Source of the DNA: Oscillospiraceae bacterium
GTDB taxonomy: Bacteria > Bacillota > Clostridia > Oscillospirales > Oscillospiraceae
NCBI GenBank assembly: GCA_017398725.1
Contig: JAFQFA010000013.1
Location: 27,010-91,009 of the forward strand
Reading direction: 5' to 3'
Length of the DNA: 64,000 nucleotides
Positions within the stretch are counted from its first letter, which is position 1; the number at the start of each line of letters is the position of its first letter. The position numbers were made by a program, and so were the translations under genes. Of the stretch, positions 41,401 through 50,007 are shown one piece after another. A model generated the notes under the pieces. That model was given only the letters and a program-made list of their open reading frames with translations, searched no databases and was not told the DNA's origin.

Positions 41401-41614
41401 CCAATGTCAGCGGCTCCATATAGACTTTATCCGCAATGACAGTGTCGGTCATGATCGTGGCGGGGTTGGAGTTGCACAAAACAACCTCATAGCCCTCTTC
41501 CTTCAAGGCAAGGCAAGCCTGTGTGCCTGCGTAGTCAAACTCCGCCGCCTGACCGATCACGATCGGGCCGGAGCCGATAATCAAAATCTTCTTAATATCC
41601 GTTCTCTTAGCCAT
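38441..41614 (-). CDS. carB: Carbamoyl-phosphate synthase large subunit
   Basis: GSGPIVIGQAAEFDYAG, two ATP-grasp halves (IEVNPR x2), C-terminal MGS domain. Confidence 0.98.
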   Translation of the reverse strand: MAKRTDIKKILIIGSGPIVIGQAAEFDYAGTQACLALKEEGYEVVLCNSNPATIMTDTVIADKVYMEPLTLEYMAKILRYERPDAILPGIGGQTGLNLAMQLEKKGVLKECNVELLGTSSESIERAEDRELFKELCQSIGEPTIPSEITYSIEEAKAAAARIGYPVVLRPAFTLGGTGGGFAYSEDELVEVGLNAFKLSPVHQVLVEKSVRGYKEIEFEVMRDTNDHAITICGMENIDPVGVHTGDSIVVAPIMTLSKEDEKMLNDSAIKLIRELKIEGGCNVQFALNPHTSEYYLIEVNPRVSRSSALASKASGYPIARVTAKIAVGMALEDICIANTNAAFEPKLDYVIAKLPRFPFDKFTGASNALGTQMKATGEVMGIGSNLEEALLKGIRSLEIGAHHLHLPKFDDMTNEELENYITQFRSDNIFAISELLARGVSVDRIYTITQITPYFLESILRIVQMEESLKANVRDLTTLKAAKTMGFSDKYVAKLWNCSELDVYQFRKENNLFPAFKMVDTCHTGAYIPYFYSSYSDENASILTDKKKIVVLGAGPIRIGQGVEFDYSTVHAVMTIKNSGYEAIIINNNPETVSTDYTTADKLYFEPLTPEDVMNIIEFEKPEGVIASLGGQTAINLAQPLYDRGVKIIGTDCAAIDRAENRDAFEKLLSELNIPQPKGKAVTKIEDGIKAAAEIGYPVLVRPSFVLGGRAMRIVANETQLRNYLKTAVEIDEDKPVLVDKYIQGKEVEVDAICDGINVFVPGIMELVERTGVHSGDSMSVYPAFSISNKVKGIILQYAKKLGLGIGIVGLYNIQFIVDKDENVFIIEVNPRSSRTVPFLSKATGYSLADIATEVILGKSLKEQGLFDIYPEEKKRWYVKAPVFSFNKLRGLDAYLSPEMKSTGEAIGYDDKLNRALYKSLQASGMHLQNYGTVFATIADKDKEEALPLIRRFYNLGFNIQATEGTAMFLKRNGIRTHILRKISEGSEEIPEALRQGHIAYVLNTRDPGHEGSTNDGHQIRLLATENNVTIFTAMDTVKVLLDVLEETTLTISTIDA

Positions 41615-41628
41615 AATGCATCCTCCTG

Positions 41629-42837
41629 TTACTTTCTGTAGACAACCTTACCGTCGCAGACGGTCAAAACACATTCACCCTTCAAAACCCAGCCTTCAAA
41701 GGGCGTTGCTTTGCCCATGGACAGGAATTCGTTAGGATCAACTTTTGCTTCTTTCTCAAGATTCCATACGGTATAGGAATCTTCGCAGGGAATTCCAAAG
41801 CGCTTTCTGGGGTTAACCGTTAATAGTTCAATCAACTTTTCCAGTGTGATGATCCCCGGCAAAACCATATGGGTATACATCGCCGGGAAAGCCGTTTCAA
41901 TACCAACAATACCAAAGGAACTGCCTGCAAGTCCCTTAGACTTTTCTTCTGCGCTATGGGGCGCATGATCCGTTGCGATCATGTCGATGGTGCCGTCCTG
42001 AATACCCCGGATCAGCGCCAGCCGATCTTCCTCGCTGCGGATCGGCGGATTCATGCGGAACCGGCCTTCGTCCTGCAGTTGCATATCGTTCAGGATCAAA
42101 TAGTGGGGTGCTGTTTCGCAAGTCACATCCACGCCCCGTGCTTTTGCCTGACGAATCAATTCCACACTTTCCTTTGTGGAAATATGGCACACATGGTACT
42201 TACAGCCAATTTCTTCCACCAGCTTCAGATCCCGGGCGATCTGTCCATACTCACTTTCACTGCAAATGCCCTTGTGGCCATGAAGCTTGGCATATTCACC
42301 GTCGTGGATATAGCCGCCGTTTAGCAGCGCATTGACCTCGCAATGGGCAACAACCATCTTATTGAGGCTTTTTGCCTTTTCCATGGCCTTGCGCATCAAT
42401 TCATCACTTTGCACGCCACGGCCGTCATCAGAAAAAGCAATTACTTGGGACGCCATTTCCTCAAGCTCTGCCAGCTCCTCGCCGTTCTCGCCCACAGTAA
42501 TGGCACCGTAGGGATATACATGGATCACAGCATTTTCGCGAATCAAATCCAACTGCTGCTGCAAATGCTCCCGACAATCGGGAACCGGATTTAAATTGGG
42601 CATGGTGCATACATCCGTATAGCCACCCCGTGCAGATGCCTTACTGCCGGTCTCCATGGTCTCCTTATAAGAAAAACCCGGCTCACGGAAATGCACATGC
42701 ACATCGCAAAAGCCGGGAAAAACAGCATATTCAGGAGCGTTGAAGAAACAAATATCCTCAGCAAAGGGAGAACCGGAGGAAATAATGGCATCAACAGAAC
42801 AACCAACACTTTTCATCTTGCCAGCGGTGCTCATCAT
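41629..42837 (-). CDS. pyrC: Dihydroorotase
   Basis: DVHVHFREPG, MPN, CHIST, MNPP, ATDHAPH. Confidence 0.96.
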   Translation of the reverse strand: MMSTAGKMKSVGCSVDAIISSGSPFAEDICFFNAPEYAVFPGFCDVHVHFREPGFSYKETMETGSKASARGGYTDVCTMPNLNPVPDCREHLQQQLDLIRENAVIHVYPYGAITVGENGEELAELEEMASQVIAFSDDGRGVQSDELMRKAMEKAKSLNKMVVAHCEVNALLNGGYIHDGEYAKLHGHKGICSESEYGQIARDLKLVEEIGCKYHVCHISTKESVELIRQAKARGVDVTCETAPHYLILNDMQLQDEGRFRMNPPIRSEEDRLALIRGIQDGTIDMIATDHAPHSAEEKSKGLAGSSFGIVGIETAFPAMYTHMVLPGIITLEKLIELLTVNPRKRFGIPCEDSYTVWNLEKEAKVDPNEFLSMGKATPFEGWVLKGECVLTVCDGKVVYRK

Positions 42838-42870
42838 TGCGTATCCCTCCGTATATTCTTTATCTGTGCA

Positions 42871-42899
42871 AGTATACCATACAGGCGGTGTTTTGTCAA
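42871..42899 (-). promoter_or_regulatory. sigmaA promoter of the pyr operon
   Basis: TTGACA-17 nt-TATACT with TG extension, ~35 nt upstream of pyrC. Confidence 0.8.
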
Positions 42900-42940
42900 A
42901 CGCAATACCCCGTTTTTAGACAGATTTTTTATACAAAAAA

Positions 42941-43891
42941 TCAACCACTTGGCAATGCATCTATATCCAAATCCACAAATGGATATATTCTTTTAAAATG
43001 CCCTTCTTTCCCAGTTACGCTGCTACGATGCTCACTTAGCAACCGAACGATATCATACACATCGATCCAAATCTCACTTAAGCATTCTTTTTGGCTTTCA
43101 TCAAACACCAGTTGCATCCCAAAATGCAAGTGCACCGTTTCAATATTATTGACATTTTCTTTATCGGAATATCCGGTTCTGCCCATATAGCCGATCACAT
43201 CGCCCGCCTGAACGATATCTCCCTCCTGCAATCCGGACGCGAACGGCTTATCCTTTTGCAGATGGGCATAATAGTAGTAGCGTTTCGAATCAAAAGAACG
43301 AATTCCCACACGCCAGCCGCCGTATCGGTTCCACCCCAAAGCTTCTACTACACCGCCTTCCACCGCTACTACCGGTGTACCAAGGCCGCCCATCAAATCG
43401 TTTCCTAAGTGCTTTCTGGAAAATCCAAAAGATCGCTGATTTCCAAAATCCGCACAATGACTGTAGCCGTATCCAGCCGCAATCGGAGAAAATGCTTTTA
43501 ACCCGTAAGCTGTTTTCCACTGCCCATCAATCTGAACAGCATAATGCCCCAAAAGGCCGCCCAATACCGCTGCGTAAGCATCATGATAATAGCTGTAGTA
43601 TTTATGCAGCCCACCGAGAATCTGTTCGGGAGCCTCCCCTGTTTGCAATTGTGCGCACGCATTTTTAACCGATTGCAGCGGGCATCTGCCACCGGTTTTA
43701 CAGGCAGCAACAGCTAAGGCATCAATCCAGCTCACATGCACCTCCTGTTCTGCCGTTCGGATATCTGCATCCATCGCGTATTTCAAAGACGCATAGGGAA
43801 CCTGAAAGTCCACCCAGCGGATCGTTTCACCCCGAACCGGCACCGCGATCAGCAAAAGCAACGCAATCAACATAGCAAAACGCCGTTTCAT
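42941..43891 (-). CDS. M23 family metallopeptidase (secreted; likely sporulation related)
   Basis: Signal peptide, HLGND (HxxxD), GWNRYGGWR, YYAHL, HLH. Confidence 0.9.
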   Translation of the reverse strand: MKRRFAMLIALLLLIAVPVRGETIRWVDFQVPYASLKYAMDADIRTAEQEVHVSWIDALAVAACKTGGRCPLQSVKNACAQLQTGEAPEQILGGLHKYYSYYHDAYAAVLGGLLGHYAVQIDGQWKTAYGLKAFSPIAAGYGYSHCADFGNQRSFGFSRKHLGNDLMGGLGTPVVAVEGGVVEALGWNRYGGWRVGIRSFDSKRYYYYAHLQKDKPFASGLQEGDIVQAGDVIGYMGRTGYSDKENVNNIETVHLHFGMQLVFDESQKECLSEIWIDVYDIVRLLSEHRSSVTGKEGHFKRIYPFVDLDIDALPSG

Positions 43892-43944
43892 AATCTCACC
43901 TCAAAAGGTAGGATATGAAACGGCGTAAAATTCATGCAATGTAA

Positions 43945-44916
43945 TTATTTCAAGTCCCGACGGATGCCCTCGGCAATGGAATATACATCTTCCATGCTTT
44001 TAATTGCTGAGATCTTTTCTTTATAGTAATTTGCGTAGGCAACTCCACGCAAATACCAAGCAAAATGCTTGCGTGCCTCAAGGCAGGCAACATGCTCGCC
44101 TTTATCTTCGTAGGCAAGCTCAAATTGCCGCACAGCCACATCCACCCGCTGAGACAGGGGCGGTCGTTCCGGAATCGGCATCCCGGCCATTGCCGCGCTG
44201 ACTTGAGAAAAAACCCATGGATTTCCAAAGGTGGCTCTGCCGATCATAAGTCCGTCCGCACCGGTCCATTTTCGGCACCTTAATGCGGTTTCCGGATCCA
44301 CAATATCACCGTTGGCAATCACAGGAATACTGCATTGCCGTTTGACTTTTGCGATCATATCCCAATCCGCCACGCCGGAATACAGCATGCTTCTGGTACG
44401 GCCATGGACTGTCAGCATATCCGCGCCGCTATCTTCCATCCGGGCAGCAAAATCCAGTACATTCACAGACCCTTTATCCCAGCCCAAACGGCACTTTACC
44501 GTAACCGGTACATGCACTGCATTGCGCACAGCAGTTACGATATTACCTGCCAGCTCAGGGGTACGCATCAGCCCGCATCCATCACCAGAATTGGCGATTT
44601 TGGGCATAGGGCATCCCATGTTGATATCAATAAAATCGCATTGAGATATTTCCAGTGCCAGTACGGCCGCTTCCGCCATAATAGCAGGGTCATTGCCAAA
44701 AATCTGGGCACCGCAAAGGCTGCCCTGATTCTTCTTAAGCAGCGCCGCGCTCTTCTTATCCTTATACACCAGTGCCCGGGAAGAAACCATTTCCGTAACT
44801 GTGATGTTTGCGCCAAGCTCAGCGCAGACCGTGCGAAACGCCCAGTCCGTAACACCGGCCATTGGCCCCAATATCAACGGATTTTCAATTTCCAATTCAC
44901 GGATCCGCACAGTCAT
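43945..44916 (-). CDS. dusB: tRNA-dihydrouridine synthase
   Basis: PMAGVTD, INMGCP, VHGRT, ANGDI, MIGR..GNPW. Confidence 0.96.
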   Translation of the reverse strand: MTVRIRELEIENPLILGPMAGVTDWAFRTVCAELGANITVTEMVSSRALVYKDKKSAALLKKNQGSLCGAQIFGNDPAIMAEAAVLALEISQCDFIDINMGCPMPKIANSGDGCGLMRTPELAGNIVTAVRNAVHVPVTVKCRLGWDKGSVNVLDFAARMEDSGADMLTVHGRTRSMLYSGVADWDMIAKVKRQCSIPVIANGDIVDPETALRCRKWTGADGLMIGRATFGNPWVFSQVSAAMAGMPIPERPPLSQRVDVAVRQFELAYEDKGEHVACLEARKHFAWYLRGVAYANYYKEKISAIKSMEDVYSIAEGIRRDLK

Positions 44917-44964
44917 CACCTCACATCCGGGGCGATTATACCACAAGCAGCGGCATGAATCAAG

Positions 44965-45222
44965 CTAAAACACCGTGGACATAAACCAAACCAGTGCCGT
45001 TGCAAAAGCGCCTGCAGCAGCCCAGACACCGGCAAACAGGCACACATCCTGTCGTTTGCTTCGCGCAGGTCCGATCAGGCTTTTTGCTTCCTTTAAAAGC
45101 AGTTCTTCCGTAACCCCTTCCCTGCTGAGCGCGTCTTCACTGAGTATAAAGATCGCCTGTTCAAAAAGCTGCGGGTCCGGAGAATGCACAACAATAACCT
45201 GTTTAGAAATTCCTTTTACCAT
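44965..45222 (-). CDS. Hypothetical protein with C-terminal TM helix
   Basis: AGGAGG RBS before MVKGISKQVIVV...FEQAIFIL. Confidence 0.7.
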   Translation of the reverse strand: MVKGISKQVIVVHSPDPQLFEQAIFILSEDALSREGVTEELLLKEAKSLIGPARSKRQDVCLFAGVWAAAGAFATALVWFMSTVF

Positions 45223-45263
45223 AGTACCGCCTCCTATTGGCAGTATTCCCCATGGTAAAATTT

Positions 45264-45830
45264 TTAAAACAGCGGATTCATGTAATTGAAGGCAAGAAGC
45301 CGCCATTTTCCGTCGGTGAATTCAAACACGTGGATCGAGCAGTTAAAGCTATGCAACAGACTGCTGTCAAATGCATTTCCCAGTATTTTCCGCAGCATGC
45401 AAATTACGACCCCATGATGAGTAAATGCCGCTACATTTTCGCAGGGATTCCGCTCCAGCTGCTCCAAAAACCGGTCGAGCCGACGGCAAACCATATCTAC
45501 ACTTTCTCCGCCATAGGGTGTGTAGTCCCGATCCATGGCGATTTTATCCTTATGCCAAAGAAAACTCTCCCCGGCCAAGGAACCAACATCAAATTCCCGC
45601 AGCAAATCAGTGGCCGTGCATTTCACATCCGGCAATGCATTTTTCTGCGTATCCCATGCTCTTTTCAAATCACTGGAAAACACACGATCAAAGGGGATCT
45701 TCGCCAATACCGGGCGGATAGACCGCGCCTGTTCACATCCTCTTGCTGTCAGTGGCGTATCCACATGCCCTGCATATATTCTGTCTATATTCGCCTGAGA
45801 CTCCCCATGGCGGATCATAAATAACCTCAT
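45264..45830 (-). CDS. Histidine phosphatase family protein
   Basis: IRHGES, SSDLKRA, LREFDVG, GGES, THHG. Confidence 0.92.
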   Translation of the reverse strand: MRLFMIRHGESQANIDRIYAGHVDTPLTARGCEQARSIRPVLAKIPFDRVFSSDLKRAWDTQKNALPDVKCTATDLLREFDVGSLAGESFLWHKDKIAMDRDYTPYGGESVDMVCRRLDRFLEQLERNPCENVAAFTHHGVVICMLRKILGNAFDSSLLHSFNCSIHVFEFTDGKWRLLAFNYMNPLF

Positions 45831-46579
45831 AACACAACACCTTCTTCATCCTTCGGGCGCTTGTACCGTCCATGGGGCTCCCACTCCGGCAACGGGTATC
45901 GCTGCATTGCGCCAAACACCCGTTCTTTCAGATCCGGATAGCGACCGCTGAGTTCGTACACGAGCTTTTTAATTTCCTCCCGTTTTGTTCGCTTATCCAC
46001 AGGGCATCGGTTTTGGATAACAGGCAAATCCATACGGCTGGCAAAATTATCCACCGTCTGCTCATGAATATAGAGCATGGGGCGGATCTGAATAATTCCG
46101 GTGCGGTCTAAGTCTGTAACCGGTTGAAAACAGCTGATCCGCCCTTCATAAAGCAGCGACATCATAAACGTTTCCACTGCATCATCATAGTGATGACCCA
46201 AGGCCAGCTTGTTAAGCCCCCGCTCCAACAGTGTCTGGTTAATGGCACCCCGCCGCATCTTCGCACACATGGAGCAAGGATTCTTTTCCTGCCGGTAGTC
46301 AAAGATCACAGGTGCGATTTGCGTACGAACCAAGTGAAAAGGAACATCCAGCTCACTGCACAGTTTTTCAATACCGGAAAAATCCATACCAAAGCCCAGA
46401 TCCACTGTCACCGCTTCCAGTTCGAAGGGCTTGTGATTATACTTTTTCAGTTCCGCAAGAAGCACCAAAAGTGCAAGCGAATCCTTGCCGCCGGACACAC
46501 CTACACCGATCCGGTCACCGGGTTTGATCATATCGTAATCTTCCGCGCAGCGACGCACAAGCCCGACCAGCCTTTGCAT
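45827..46579 (-). CDS. ttcA: TtcA-family tRNA thiolation protein (PP-loop)
   Basis: SGGKDS, CSMCAKMRRG, LGHHYDD, IRPM, NRCP. Confidence 0.88.
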   Translation of the reverse strand: MQRLVGLVRRCAEDYDMIKPGDRIGVGVSGGKDSLALLVLLAELKKYNHKPFELEAVTVDLGFGMDFSGIEKLCSELDVPFHLVRTQIAPVIFDYRQEKNPCSMCAKMRRGAINQTLLERGLNKLALGHHYDDAVETFMMSLLYEGRISCFQPVTDLDRTGIIQIRPMLYIHEQTVDNFASRMDLPVIQNRCPVDKRTKREEIKKLVYELSGRYPDLKERVFGAMQRYPLPEWEPHGRYKRPKDEEGVVL

Positions 46580-46696
46580 GTTTCAATTCCTCCTGTTTTC
46601 ACCAAAAATGCTTCGTTAGCATTTAAGAGTTTTTGAGAGTATTTTTTCGTTTTTGAAAGTTTTTGCACTCTCCCGTAAATTTTATTAAAATATCGG

Positions 46697-46725
46697 TTGA
46701 CATTTATAATTTACTATGGTATAAG
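46697..46725 (+). promoter_or_regulatory. sigmaA promoter of rplM-rpsI
   Basis: TTGACA-17 nt-TATAAG with TG extension. Confidence 0.8.
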
Positions 46726-46801
46726 AATCTAGCGTTTGCAGACATTGTAATGCCTGCACATCAATTTGTCAAAATATTTTACCTAACTGGAGGAACGCAT
46801 A

Positions 46802-47230
46802 ATGTCCACTACACTGGCTAAAAAGGAGACCGTGGAGCGCAAGTGGTACGTGATCGACGCCGCAGGTAAGCCCTTGGGCCGTACTGCCGTCACCGTCGCC
46901 AACCTGCTGCGCGGTAAGCACAAGACCACCTTCACCCCCAACGTCGACTGCGGTGACTTCGTCATCGTTATCAACACCGACAAGGCTGTTCTGACCGGCA
47001 AGAAGGCCGACCAGAAGTCCTACTACCGGGTATCCGGCTGGATCGGCGGCCTGAAGGAGACCAAGGCTCGCACCATGATGGAGAACCGCTCCGACTACGC
47101 TATGGAGCTGGCCGTCAAGGGCATGCTGCCCAAGAACACTCTGGGCCGTAACGCTCTGACCCGTCTGCATCTGTACAAGGGTGAGGAGCATCCCCATGCT
47201 GCTCAGAAGCCCGAAGCTTGGACCCTGTAA
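46802..47230 (+). CDS. rplM: 50S ribosomal protein L13
   Basis: WYVIDAAGKPLGR, GKHKTTFTPNVDCGD, HPHAAQKP. Confidence 0.99.
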   Translation: MSTTLAKKETVERKWYVIDAAGKPLGRTAVTVANLLRGKHKTTFTPNVDCGDFVIVINTDKAVLTGKKADQKSYYRVSGWIGGLKETKARTMMENRSDYAMELAVKGMLPKNTLGRNALTRLHLYKGEEHPHAAQKPEAWTL

Positions 47231-47247
47231 TTTGGAGGTAATCGATT

Positions 47248-47652
47248 ATGTACGAGAGCAAGAAGAAGTATAACTACGGCACCGGCCGCCGTAAGTCCTC
47301 CGTTGCCCGTGTTCGCGTTTACGAGAACGGCACCGGTTCCATCATCATTAATGGCCGCGATATCGACGATTACTTTGGTCTGGAGACCCTGAAGCTGGTC
47401 GTCCGTCAGCCTCTGGTCGCTGCTGATCTGGTTGGCAAGGTTGACGTGGTTGTCACCGTTGCCGGCGGCGGCGTGTCCGGTCAGGCCGGCGCTATCCGTC
47501 ACGGCATCTCCCGCGCCCTGCTGACTCTGAACCCCGAGTTCCGCGCTACTCTGAAGGCCGCTGGCTTCCTGACCCGCGACCCCAGAATGAAGGAAAGAAA
47601 GAAGTACGGCTTGAAGGCCGCTCGTCGCGCACCTCAGTTCTCCAAGAGATAA
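47248..47652 (+). CDS. rpsI: 30S ribosomal protein S9
   Basis: [41 protein letters not shown]. Confidence 0.99.
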   Translation: MYESKKKYNYGTGRRKSSVARVRVYENGTGSIIINGRDIDDYFGLETLKLVVRQPLVAADLVGKVDVVVTVAGGGVSGQAGAIRHGISRALLTLNPEFRATLKAAGFLTRDPRMKERKKYGLKAARRAPQFSKR

Positions 47653-47674
47653 TCTGTTTATCATTCAGAACTTC

Positions 47675-47714
47675 AAAAACCCAGAAACCATTTTGGTTTC
47701 TGGGTTTTCTTTTT
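47675..47714. terminator. Bidirectional terminator
   Basis: AAAACCCAGAAACCA-ttt-TGGTTTCTGGGTTTT. Confidence 0.9.
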
Positions 47715-47720
47715 CCTGTA

Positions 47721-48368
47721 CTATTCAAAATTTGCAACTGATTTGTACAGACTGACAAGCCCGGCACTGACGAATATGCCACCGATAATATCCGTGAGCC
47801 AATGGACACCGGAGATCAGTCTGGCAATCACCATAAGCGCAGAATACAAAACCAACGCAGCAAGGATACATCCTTTGAAAACAGATTTTTTCATGCGGTT
47901 GTTAAGTTGCAAAACGGCCGTGGGCATTACGCACATTACAAGCATCGTTGTTGACGACGGATAGGACGCCTCCAAAAAGCTATTGATCAGCACTGGCCGG
48001 TAATTCACAACATATTTTTCAAACCAAAAATACGCAAGAAATACAAGGATATAAAATCCCCCTAGGGCAATGATATTTTGATCCACGTATCCAAGCCTTT
48101 TGCGTTTGATCCACTGGATCAAACCAACCAGCGCAAAACCCAGCACAAAAGCCACAGGAATCAAGCTAAGCCAGTCGGTTAAGACATACAACCACATATG
48201 AACACCGGTAAGATTGTGAAAAAAAGCATTCAGTGTTGCAAAACCAACTTTCGTGTTTAACGGTCCGATTGCTTGAACATTCACAATTTTAACAGCTACC
48301 GTCCACAGGAAAAATGCGGCTAAAAAAGAAGCTGAAACAACGAGATTTTTAAGATTCACTTTCTTCAT
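47721..48368 (-). CDS. PAP2-family membrane phosphatase-like protein
   Basis: NYRP, SYPSST, ARLISGVHWLTDIIGG; several TM helices; motif-2 His is replaced by Thr. Confidence 0.85.
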   Translation of the reverse strand: MKKVNLKNLVVSASFLAAFFLWTVAVKIVNVQAIGPLNTKVGFATLNAFFHNLTGVHMWLYVLTDWLSLIPVAFVLGFALVGLIQWIKRKRLGYVDQNIIALGGFYILVFLAYFWFEKYVVNYRPVLINSFLEASYPSSTTMLVMCVMPTAVLQLNNRMKKSVFKGCILAALVLYSALMVIARLISGVHWLTDIIGGIFVSAGLVSLYKSVANFE

Positions 48369-48468
48369 TTTGGGTCTTCCCTTCTATGTTTTTTTTGCAA
48401 AACACACGTTACAGGAAAACCCTTATTATTACAAGAAACGTGTCGTCACACCGACGACACGTTTTGTA

Positions 48469-49074
48469 TCACTGCCTTTTAATCAGCAAAAAAGCCTTGA
48501 TAATCATTAACACCGATAAATACACCGCCGCATAAGGCTTTGCGCTTAATTCAAAAAGCAAAACAGCAAGAATGTTACATATAAGTGATATAACTCTTTT
48601 ATTTTTAACCCAAAATATTTTTGTGCAGTTTTGAAGCATCAATGTCAGCAACCCGAATACTGCCATTGCAATGACCGATACCCAATATGCAATCTTTAGA
48701 TACACCGGAATATGGGTTAAGAATAGCAGAGATACATTTTGAATCGTACCTGCCACTAACTGTCCGAAAATTGGCAGAAACAGAAACAAGGCAACACTTA
48801 AATCCAACAACCCGAAAACTAAATCGAGCATATAGTTTTGCTTCTGCGCGTGTTCTTCCTGTGCAATATTCAACAACTCATCGCCGGATAGCAGCTGATC
48901 CAAGGAGACACCGAAAATCTTCGCAATAGCTTTTAAGGAATCGATACCGGGATATCCTCTGCCCGATTCCCATTTCGATATCGCTGTGCGGGAAACATGC
49001 AGGTTTTTCGCCAGCTCCTCCTGCGTTAATTCTCGTTGCTTACGCAGCATTTGAAGTTTTTCGTGAAATTCCAT
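48469..49074 (-). CDS. XRE-family HTH regulator with C-terminal membrane domain
   Basis: LTQEELAKNLHVSRTAISKWESGRGYP + ~4 TM helices. Confidence 0.9.
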   Translation of the reverse strand: MEFHEKLQMLRKQRELTQEELAKNLHVSRTAISKWESGRGYPGIDSLKAIAKIFGVSLDQLLSGDELLNIAQEEHAQKQNYMLDLVFGLLDLSVALFLFLPIFGQLVAGTIQNVSLLFLTHIPVYLKIAYWVSVIAMAVFGLLTLMLQNCTKIFWVKNKRVISLICNILAVLLFELSAKPYAAVYLSVLMIIKAFLLIKRQ

Positions 49075-49129
49075 AATTAACACACTTTCTTCAGAAGCCC
49101 CCGAAGCCTAAGCTCCGGGGGGCTGAAAT

Positions 49130-50002
49130 TCAGGAAACAGCTGTAACCGCCTGTGGCTTATCCAGTGCCGCATTTACAGCTTTAACGATCAGATCACCAT
49201 TGAAAACACTGTACTTTGCATCCTGAAGCTTCTGATCCGCCAATACTGCATACCAAGTATAGGCAGCAGCTACACGGCCAAAATCATTCAAATGATAGCC
49301 ATCCCGGGTCAGCTTGTCGCCGATGATACTGCCACGAAGATTCTGAATCACTGTACCCACAGGAATGATTCCATGAAAATTCTCATTGGGCTCAATCACC
49401 TTTTGCACTACGTTTACAATGCCGTAATACATGGTCATCTGGCTGTTCCCATAAGTAGGAAACGCCTTATGGGTACTGTCTTCTTGGTAAGCCCAAGTCA
49501 TGTGCCAGTACAGCTTGGCATTGGGGTTGTTACTATTCTGCCTCACATAGGCAACCAGTTCATCCAGATAGGGCTGATGGGTGTCCACCAAGCCGGAATC
49601 CACACTTCCCTGCTGCATGGTGATCACATCCCACGCTTCGTCCTGCAAACCGGTAAGCAGCGTCGTTTCCGGTGTTTTTTCCCATTCGCCGTTAACGCAC
49701 TTGTCATAGCGATATTTTGCCTCACCGGATTTTATGTATCCGGCATGCATCTTCAGGGTACAGCCGCCCACAAAGAGATTGCCGATTACTACCTCTTCAA
49801 CGCCCTCTGCCTTGGCTACTTGATAAAGATACTTTGTAGCATCCTCAGAAAAACTGTTGCCGATCGCCAGCACTTTTAAGCTCTTGGGTGCAGTCGCCTG
49901 CGGTTGCGTAGTTTGTTCGTGTTGCTGGCTTACTCCACCGCCGCAAGCGCACAAAAACAGCGCCAACAGCGATGCCAGAAACAAGCTGATTGCTCTTTTC
50001 AT
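49130..50002 (-). CDS. DUF4886-domain (SGNH-like) lipoprotein
   Basis: Lipobox LCAC, KVLAIGNSFS, WDVITMQQ, HMTWAY, RDGYHL. Confidence 0.82.
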   Translation of the reverse strand: MKRAISLFLASLLALFLCACGGGVSQQHEQTTQPQATAPKSLKVLAIGNSFSEDATKYLYQVAKAEGVEEVVIGNLFVGGCTLKMHAGYIKSGEAKYRYDKCVNGEWEKTPETTLLTGLQDEAWDVITMQQGSVDSGLVDTHQPYLDELVAYVRQNSNNPNAKLYWHMTWAYQEDSTHKAFPTYGNSQMTMYYGIVNVVQKVIEPNENFHGIIPVGTVIQNLRGSIIGDKLTRDGYHLNDFGRVAAAYTWYAVLADQKLQDAKYSVFNGDLIVKAVNAALDKPQAVTAVS

Positions 50003-50007
50003 GACTT

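Noticed and set aside
42838-42940. PyrR attenuator upstream of the pyr operon
   Set aside because: The promoter is ~35 nt from the pyrC start, leaving no room, and no PyrR-binding loop is visible.
43895-43940. Sporulation sigma promoter (GCATG...CATATCCTA) upstream of the M23 peptidase
   Set aside because: Plausible, but the spacing fits sigmaE or sigmaG only loosely, so I did not call it.
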